A DNA stretch of 64,000 nt from Octopus vulgaris (lineage: Eukaryota), in contig OX597832.1 of assembly GCA_951406725.2 (NCBI GenBank), positions 35,464,001 to 35,528,000 on the forward strand, in the 5' to 3' direction. The notes under the pieces were generated by a model. The model saw only the letters and a list, made by a program, of their open reading frames with translations. It did not search any database and was not told the DNA's origin. The translations under genes were made by a program, and so were the position numbers. Below are positions 55,126 through 64,000 of the stretch, in pieces (positions within the stretch are counted from its first letter, which is position 1; each line of letters begins with the position of its first letter).

Positions 55126-55993
55126 CGTGGTCAGATCAATAAATATCTGGACTGTTGCCATAGTAACAAAGCTAAAGCATGCACAGTAAAGCTGTTTGGC
55201 ACAGATTGACCTTGACCTTTGCTCTGCATGGCACTAAACTTTACCATTCTAGCTCACTTCCACGGTTTACAACAGTGCTTGGAATGGAAGTGTGTAGTGT
55301 GTGACCATCGCATTAACCATGACAGAGAAAGTTGAGCAGAAAATCTGCATCAAATTTTGCTAAAAGCTTGGCTATACCTATTCAGAGGCCTATGTAAAGT
55401 TTTCAAAATGTTTTCATCGTCCTCGACACAATCAAGGAAATTTTGTGCAACTGAAACCTGAGTGTCTTTTTCGTCAGCTGAAAAGAGTTTGGCAGACACG
55501 TGTCTCATACCCAAGTCTTCAGTGATAACGGACTGAACTGAACCGTAACTAATCTGCACATCCTCTGATAACTCAGAGATGGAGATTCAATGATTTCTCC
55601 TCACAGCCACATGCACATCATGATGTTTTTCTCAATTCTGCTGGTTGCGGGTCTCTCAGAGTGTTTGTCAACATCAGCATTTTTCGACGTCTGAACCACT
55701 TGTACACTTGTGTGTGGCTCATACACTCCTCCCCATACACGTTCTGCAACTTTGCATAGGCCTCTGAACAGCTATCGCCATGACAACTTTCTCTGTCATG
55801 GTCAATGAGATGATCCCATGCAACACACCTTCCTTCCAAGCACTGCTGTAAACAGTGGAAGTGAGCTAGAACGTTAAAACTTTGTGCATATACACAGCAG
55901 AGTTCAAGGTCAATCTATGCCAAGTGGCTTCACTCTGTGTGCTACAGCTTTGTTACTATGACAACAGTCCAGATACTTATTGATCAGACCTCA
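55126..55993. mobile_element. Mariner-derived non-autonomous element with two inverted 5' ends
   Basis: TA flanks (55124-25, 55994-95); arms 55126-55335 and 55785-55993 are reverse complements including ATGACAGAGAAAGTTG; minus-strand transposase N-terminal remnant (EAYAKLQNVYGEECMSHTQVYKWFRR...ISYGSVQSVITEDLGMRHVSAK). Confidence 0.88.
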
Positions 55994-56289
55994 TATACAA
56001 GATTTGTACTCATACAAAGGTTCATCAATGGACATTTTGAGTTTTCTCTGCATGAGCATTTATTATATTTATTTGTATATATGGCACTTCTGACTTCATG
56101 TTCTGATATTGTTATTGTGTTAGCTATATCGTAATCGTTTCTACTATCACAATTTGGTTGGATTTAGTGCTTTTCATTGCAGTTTACATCTTCATTGGTG
56201 TTTAGATGTTTATGTTTGCTAGATCCAGTTATTGAACTGTTGTTGCATTTTACTATTGTTTATGCCATGCATATGCTGCTCTAAATTAG

Positions 56290-56440
56290 AGTTTACATAG
56301 GATACCTTCACAGTATGCTGATTAAAAATAGCATGATATCTATTAGATTTAGGAAAACATTTGTCTAAAATGGCAAAAAATTTTCCAGCGTTCTTGGTTG
56401 AAACATGGGAATTGAAAACTGTGTTGAACTGATACATACC
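56290..56440 (-). pseudogene. Penelope-like ORF fragment (RT-to-endonuclease linker)
   Basis: FNSHVSTKNAGKFFAILDKCFPKSNRYHAIFNQHTVKVSY matches the PLE F...V.T..GK.FL.L.DKHFP....LHKIFNR.T.KVSY region. Confidence 0.7.
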
Positions 56441-57289
56441 ATCATGGAAAACTGTAATGATATCTGTATAGTAAATACCGACTGAGTAGTAATGTAGGCA
56501 GTTAGCTTATATTGCATTTTCAGTTTGGATAAATCCCAACTGAATGACTTGTAAAAATATAGATTTGTCTGACATTTTAGATTTAGGTTTTAGATCCTCT
56601 ACTTCCAGTGTTAGTGTTTATCTTATCAGACTGTTTCTTGGCTTTAGAAATGCCTCCCTACATAAGTTATTGACTTTAGGACTACCTGCTAGAATTGTAT
56701 AGTGGTAATAGCAATGAGCTAATTATAAGAATATACTATAGATGCTACAGACTGGCCAATAGTTTAAGAAATGTCCTGTATGTAGTATCCTGTAGTAGTA
56801 TTGGCTGCATTTTATCTATTGTAGCTGTTTATTGATAGACCTGTTAAGATATAATTGTAGCTAAAGTGAGTGATTATTGAGTTGTCATTGCTTAGCATCT
56901 TGGAACAACCAGATCTTGCTGCAAGTACAGACATATCTCATTCACCTGGTACCAGCTTCTACTTACCATTTTAGATTGAACTTGTTATTACATGAATTCG
57001 GCTTCTCTTTTCCAGCCGTTCTACTTACATTCATTTATATTTCCCTCCATTCACAATAATTGTCAGCTTCTTTTTCTTAGTAATTCTAACAACTCATTTA
57101 CACCTTCATCATATATTTCAGCTGTATTTTCTAGTTTCATTCTTGATTTACTTGTCACACAAACTGAGTTTAATTCTCCCATCTTTGATGGTAGGTGGGA
57201 GTTTATGTGGGAGAAATTTAACTGAAACAACTATGATTTGGACAAGGTTTGCCAAGTCAATGTAAAAGGAGACCTTATTAGTTACATGG

Positions 57290-58320
57290 TGACATTACTA
57301 GTGTGGACGAGGGAAATGCATGACTACTCTGAAAAATTGGCAAGTCTCATAAGTGATGGTAGCTACAGCAAAGTAAAGAACGATCCAACTCTGAAAACAG
57401 GAAGTTGTCACAGATCTTGATTAAGAACAAGGATCACTTTATACCAATGAAGTACAGACAACTGACTCAACACTACAGTAAGCTACCAAGCATGTATGGT
57501 CTCCCTAAGATTCACAAGGATAGTATTCCATTAAGACGTATATTGGGCTGTACAGGTTCAGCATGTCATCCACTGAGCTGCCTCCTTGTGGATATAATCA
57601 GGCCATTGGCAGGAAAGTCAACATAGTACTTGAAGAATTCCATCCACTTCACAGAATTGATCAAGGATACCCCTATTGGATCCAACCAGATAGTGAGTCT
57701 AGATGTGATAAGTCTGTTCACTGAAGTCCCAACTAATAAAACACTATTAGTGATTCAAGAAAAACTGTTGACAGACACCTATCTAAAAGAATGCACTAGT
57801 ATACTAATAGGAAACTTGATGGAAATGTTGACATTTTGTGTAGAAACTACCTACTTCAGAGCAGGTACTGATATATATTGACAGTAAGAGGGTTTAGCTA
57901 TGGATTCGTCATTATCACTGGTAATAGTCAATATATACATGGAATACTTTGAGAATTTGGCTTTCGGCTCAACACCACTAAAACCAACCCTGTGGCTGCG
58001 ATATGTTGATGATACCTTTATACTCTGACCCCACCAAGAAGATTTCCAAGTACTGTTAGATCATGTGAACTCGATAAAGCCATCCATACAGTTCACAATG
58101 GAAAAGGAAAATGACAACCAGCTAGCATTCCTGGAAGTATTAATAACATGCACCAAGTATGGATTCAGGACATCTGTATACTGCAAGCCAACTTTCACTG
58201 GATGATTCCTCAACTTCACTTCCCACCATCCATACCGTGTAAAGAGAGGGATTGCTCAGTGCCTAAAACATCGGGCAAAGACTATAAGTAGCGATCCTGA
58301 TACGCACCATGAAGAACACT
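57290..58320 (+). pseudogene. Penelope-like reverse transcriptase pseudogene
   Basis: YGLPKIHKDSIPLRRI...VSLDVISLFTEVP...GLAMDSSLS...WLRYVDDTF...IQFTMEKE...FLEV...SVYCKPT...SHHP; stops present. Confidence 0.92.
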
Positions 58321-58324
58321 GAGG

Positions 58325-58890
58325 ACTGGCAAACCAGATGGCGGCACCAGGCTCCAATCTGATCTGGCAGAGCTTCTACAGCTGGATGCCCTTCCTAACG
58401 CCAACCACTCTGAGAGTGTAGTGGGTGCTTTTTATGTGCCATGGGCACGAGGGCCAATCTAGCAGTACTGGCAACGGCCATGCTCAAATGGTGCTTTTTA
58501 CGTGCCACCTGCACAGGAGCCAGTCCAGCGGCACTGGCAACGACCTCGCTCGAATGTTTTTTCATGTGCCAGTAAGGCAAAGCTGGTAATGATCACGCTC
58601 AAATGGTGCTTTTTATGTGCTACCGGTATGGAAGCCAGTTTGTTGCTCTGGCAATGATCACGCTCGGATGGTGCTCTTAGTGCTCCACTAGCACGGATGC
58701 CAGTCATCAAACTTGATTTCAATTTCACTTACCTCAACAGGTTTTTGCAAGCAGAGTTTAGTGTCCAATGAAGGAAAGGTATGCATAAGTGGGCTGGTTA
58801 CACTCCTGGCATAGGCCACAGGGTTATGGTCTCACTTGGCTTGCTGGGTCTTCTCAAGCACAACATATTTCCAAAGATTCCGGTCACTAG
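58325..58890. repeat. Interspersed repeat with four tandem GTGCTTTTTAYGTGCC subunits
   Basis: Subunits near 58425, 58491, 58555 and 58606; GGATGCCCTTCCTAACGCCAACC motif also at ~44981. Confidence 0.65.
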
Positions 58891-59218
58891 TCATGTAATA
58901 ATTTTTTCTACTTTTGGCAAGAGGTTAGCAATTTTGAGGGGAGAACCAGAGCTGTTTTGAAATCAGTGATCCATATTAGTTACATGTGTAGAAGATGTGT
59001 TATATCAATTGTTTGCTTGAAGGTATAGTTTGAGGTTAACTGAGTGGAGTGCCATTGTTTGAGCTGGAGGTCAGCTAAGTGTAGTGTCATAAGTGGGGTA
59101 GTGGGGATTTGGTATAGAATCAACTGATTTAGTTTACATACAGTGTAATACATAATTCACATCACTACTGTGAATAGATATAATGACATGATGATGATGA
59201 TGTATTTTTTACTTCTAG

Positions 59219-59262
59219 ATCTCTGTGGTGTCATGGAAAACCATCTAGCTGATGACCATCAG
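59219..59262 (+). CDS. Probable second coding exon (44 nt; DLCGVMENHLADDHQ)
   Basis: Acceptor tattttttacttctag, donor CAG|GTAAGC; its phase-1 start completes the GAT codon from the 40813-40900 exon; no stop. Confidence 0.55.
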
Positions 59263-59884
59263 GTAAGCTCCAGTTTGCATTAAGCCTGCTACATAAATCT
59301 AATATTCAATGCTTCTTGTATAGTGTAAGAAAGAGTAACTAGGTCTTACATATTTTTGCATGTAGCCATTTACACACTGTTACACATAGCTGCATATGTG
59401 TGTCAGACACAATGACTACACATTGTCACATTGGCTGGTGTGTAGTCACAAAGATGTATAAATATATATATGAACACTGACTCTACCCTGTTACATAACC
59501 ATATTTATAGACAGGAGCAGCAGACAGCTGCTGGTCTCGTAATGAGCGAAGCAGCTAGTTCCTAAATTCTTTAAAAGAGATCTAAGTACTAACAATACTA
59601 GAAAGTAACATTTTGGTTGTCACTATAACATGGCTGTTCTATTTACTACATTTTATGAGATTAGACAGGTTACCTTGTACCTCTTCTGCAGCAAGACACC
59701 TGTTTCTGTCTCCTTGTCTCACTATGACTTTTCATCATCTGACACAAGATCACCTCCTCCAATGCCCCCCCCACCCACTCTAAAAGGATTTTTGTGTTGC
59801 AAGTTACCTGGTGACCCTGCAAGTGCTGATGCCATGTAAAAAACATCCAGTCCACATTATAAAGGGGTTGGTGTTTGGAAGGGC

Positions 59885-60360
59885 ATCCAGATGTAAAAAC
59901 TTTGGCAGTAATTACAGCTTGAATTCTTGGAGGTATGGACTCGTACAGTTTGAATTGTTTCCAAAGGAATTTTTGTCCATTCTTCAGCTAAAACAGTCTC
60001 CAGTTCTTGTAGTGATGTTGGTGGAGGATATTGACCCCTTACTTGTTTTTCTAAAATGCACCATAAATGTTCAATAATATTGAGATCTGGGGACTGTGGT
60101 GGCCAGATAAGATGTTCAACGTCACTAGAATGTTCCTCGTGTCATTCAATAACAACTTTAGCTGTGTGAATTGGTGCATTATCATCCTGAAAGATTGCAT
60201 TTCCCTTTGGAAACAGTTCCGCAACCGTAGGATCAATTTGATCAGATAAAATGCTCAAATAGTCTTGACTATTAATTCTGCCATGAGGGGAAACCATTGG
60301 GCTGGCGGATTTTCAAGATGTAACATCCTAGATCATCACAGATCTCCATGTTTAACAGTT
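59885..60360 (-). pseudogene. Tc1-like (DD34E) transposase remnant
   Basis: FQDDNAPIHTAK...WPPQSPDLNIIEHLW..LEKQV...TSLQELE..LAEEW.KIP. Confidence 0.85.
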
Positions 60361-60875
60361 GGAAGAAGTATATGTGACTGGTATGTGCGTATATAGACAT
60401 GTTTTACTCATTGTTTTCTTTACACATTTTCCTGTATTTTTGACTTTAGCCTTGTATTTTCTGGTGTATGTGCACATATAGACGTGCATATGAACTTTTT
60501 GTGCGTATATAGACCTGTGCGGGTATGCGCGTATATAGGCATGTGAGTGTGCATATATAGACCTGGCTTACTCTTTGCTTATTTTTATACTCCCTTACAC
60601 CTTTTTTCTGTATTGTTAACCTTAGCCCTGTTTTTTCTTGTGCTTGTGTATATATATAGACGTGTGTATGAACTTTTTTGGTGTACATGTGCGTGTGTGG
60701 TATTGTGTATGTATATATATTTGGCGAATGGTGCGGGTGAGAATGTGTATGTTTCAAGTAAGGGTGGATAAGTGTATACTTTCAGGTGCATGTATGTGGG
60801 TGACAATTAATCAAGTGATATTTCCCTATTCTAAAGATGTGTGTAAATATAAACTTATTGAAGATGTATGTAGGT

Positions 60876-60925
<50 letters not shown>

Positions 60926-61277
60926 ATGTATGTGGGTTTTGTATATGTGTATGTGGTTTTTTATGTATATATGTATATATATTGTGTATATGTATATGTA
61001 TTTTTTATGTGTATATATATATCTACATATATGTGTGTATATATATTATTTGTTTATTCATATATAGGAAGAGGTATAGATCTATATATGTGAAGGTCTA
61101 TGTGTATATATGATGGTGTATATATCTGAATATATATGTATCCAGGTATATATTGGGGTATATATGTAAGTATAGGTGTGTTTTGTGTGTGTATATTTAT
61201 GTAGGTACATATAGGTAGCTGTGTGGATGTATGTGTGCATGTAAGAGCGTGTGTTTGTGTATATGTATACAAGTGTA

Positions 61278-61339
<62 letters not shown>

Positions 61340-61388
61340 GATATATATGTATATACATATGCATACTAATATTTGCTTATACATGTGA

Positions 61389-61438
<50 letters not shown>

Positions 61439-62271
61439 TTAATCCTAAAATGGTCATACTGCATTACCTCTGGGTATCCTTGTTGCTTATTTTGATTTTA
61501 ATTACCTTATTTCGAAATTGTATGGATAATACTGTACTAAATTCTGGTGCCTCAACTTAAGTACCATATTCATCTGAATCTAAATTTTTGCTACACACAC
61601 ACACACACAGAGCACCCTCATAGCTTCCCATAATGTGACATACATGTAGATATAGAGTATAGTTTGTAGTTTGGCTTGATGTTCGTATTTGAGACGTTTC
61701 ATTTATATAGGTATTACTTTGGTTTTGATGTGTGTGTAGAATTTATTTTTTCTGTGACTAGTGTTTGTTTTGTTCTTGTTGATGTGTATATATAGGAGTG
61801 AATGAATAATGTGGTATATATGAAGATATAACATATTTATCTCATTTAATATATATATCTATATATATATGTATATATATATTCCCAGAAAGTTAGAGGT
61901 TGTGAATCCAACCCACTAAGGGATAATATCTATCCAACATACTGCTGGTAGAATAACCAATTATTAATACACAAGTGTTTTTTATTATTGCATTGCAATT
62001 ACATTACAAGTATACTAAATGGATGAGGGTAAAGAGTTATTTTACCATTAATTTATAGAGCAATAAGAAAATGGAAGGGAATCAATAAGTGGTATTCATC
62101 AACTTTTAGACATTATATTATGTCAATTTATTTATTTACTTACTAAAAGGACAATTATAACAATATGAATACATGTATAACATATTATGCTTTACATATG
62201 TAGTATATAAAATATAAAAATATCAGTAATTATTAAAATATATAACATACAGGAATAGAAATTGGGATGAT

Positions 62272-62395
62272 ATCTTACAGCTGTTTCAGCCAAGAGGCAA
62301 AAATACGTCATTGTACCTTTATCCCTCCAGTGGACTGAAGTAATTAGTAGATGAAATTGAGGTAATTGGGTGTTTCTGTAGGCTTCGTCAGAGAT
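62272..62395 (-). ncRNA. Type I hammerhead ribozyme candidate with a very long stem II
   Basis: Minus strand ATCT-CTGACGA-AGCC-(89 nt)-GGCT-GAA-ACAGCTGT-A-AGAT: stem I AUCU/AGAU, stem II AGCC/GGCU, palindromic stem III ACAGCUGU, GUA cleavage triplet. Confidence 0.72.
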
Positions 62396-62431
62396 TTTAG
62401 ACAGTTTTAAGGTTCTATGTTTGTACAGAAA

Positions 62432-63115
62432 TATATGTGTGTGTGTGTATATATATATATATGTGTGTGTGTGTTTGTGTATACATGCTTGCTCCTCATA
62501 TATACACTTACATAACTAAAATAATTTTAAGATATATTGATTTTATAAATTACAATATTACTCCTCTTATAAACATGTATATATATGTGTATGTACATAT
62601 ATACATGTATATATGTCTGTATATGTATATATGTGTGTGTATATATATACATGTGTATATGTATACATAGACATGTGTGTATATGTTTATATATATATAT
62701 TATTTATATGTATGTGTGTGTGTGTGTATATATTTGTATATACATTGATATATATGTATATATGTATATATATATATGTATGTGTATGTATATGTATGTG
62801 TATATATGTATGTGTATATATGTATGTGTATGTATATGTATGTGTATATATGTATGTGTATATATGTATGTGTATATATGTATGTGTATATATGTATATA
62901 TATATGTGTGTATATATGTATGTATATGAATGTGTATATATGTATGTATATGAATGTGTATATATGTATGTATGTGTATATATATATGTGTATGTGTGTG
63001 TATATATGTATGTATATATATATATGTGTATATATGTATGTGTATATATATATATATATGCGTGTGATGTGTATCTATGTATATGTGTGTGTATATGCAT
63101 ATGTCCGTATGTATG
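62432..63115. repeat. Compound (TA)/(TG)/(TATG) low-complexity tract
   Basis: Read directly. Confidence 0.9.
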
Positions 63116-64000
63116 TGATTGTAGACAAAGGAAGCTCTAGGTTATTCTTAGTTTCTCGTATGGTGACATGATAACATTTATAGTCTGTTGTGTTGCCTGT
63201 TGAACTTTCTCATATCTCTTGTTTTGAATACTTCAGCAGCTGTGTTCTGACTAGATGTATTCAAGTTCATACCTGCCTCATCATGCAGTCCTTGAGTATT
63301 AACAGTAACCCCACCAGAAGCCTTACTACCATTGTTTAAGAAGAGGAGTGAAACATAACTGTTTACTTATCTATTGTTTTCTGTGTTGTTTATCTTATTC
63401 AATAACTGTGGCAAATATCATTGTTTTTCTTAGAGTTGTCCATACAAGTCTTTCAACATGTCGTTGGTCTCACTGCACCATCAGTTGGCTTCTAATGTGC
63501 TTAGCTACGCATGATTGTCATTTATTGGAACTGCTTGATAAATTAAGTTTATAGTAGGTAGAAATGTTAGCTACCGATGCAGGCTATGGGCCTGTTATTT
63601 GCTGCTCTTCAGTGGCAGAATAAGATAGTTGTTGGCTGGGAACTTGTGATCTATAGAATTAACTTGGTAAGCCTAGGTAAGTCATCATAGCACTCCTCTT
63701 CCACATGTTCCACCAGACTAATTGATGACTCTAGAACAATGGGTAGAATATGCAAGTTAAGGAATTAAAAATGTACCGTTTAGAAGAGCAAATAAATGGT
63801 AGAAAGGATTTTAGTGCGAATGGATTCTGAGCTGAGAAATTAACTTAATAATTTCAGTGATGAGAGGATAACCAGTTGGAACTTGAGCAGTGATAGGAAA
63901 TAAGAGCTGATACGGAAGAAGTAACTCTGTGTGTGTTTCTCTTTGTAATTTAGAGTAAATTTTGACCAGCCATCTACTTGGTAGTAAGGTTGTGAAGGAA

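Noticed and set aside
58420-58700. CRISPR-like repeat-spacer pattern
   Set aside because: Units are degenerate, spacers resemble each other, the context is eukaryotic and there are no cas genes; this is an internal tandem of an interspersed repeat.

Overview
Eukaryotic, AT-rich, repeat-dominated DNA. The dense (TA)n/(CA)n/(TATG)n microsatellites and the tRNA-headed SINE families resemble an Octopus (coleoid cephalopod) genome; this is an inference, no database search was run. Nearly all ORF-track entries are microsatellite artefacts. Supported content: a 3.9-kb (TAT/TAC)n array with ~0.8-kb higher-order structure; decayed transposons (Penelope-like RT and GIY-YIG remnants; HERO-, CRE- and R4/NeSL-type RLE LINEs; RTE, CR1-like and Tx1-like LINEs; mariner/Tc1; a CxxH hAT-like element; a piggyBac MITE; a non-autonomous Helitron); many SINE copies; and two probable in-frame coding exons (40813-40900, 59219-59262) of an unidentified + strand gene. 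The main unannotated signal is a set of hammerhead-ribozyme motifs (CUGAnGA...GAAA...UH). Two look structurally complete with long stem II (5363-5459 +, 62272-62395 -). Several minimal or degenerate copies sit in direct or inverted repeats (5927, 6652, 7512/7793, 16440, 38301, 43073/43287). Nearly all have a palindromic stem III, consistent with Penelope-derived or retrozyme-like self-cleaving elements. Repeat coordinates are approximate, and no ribozyme activity is demonstrated.
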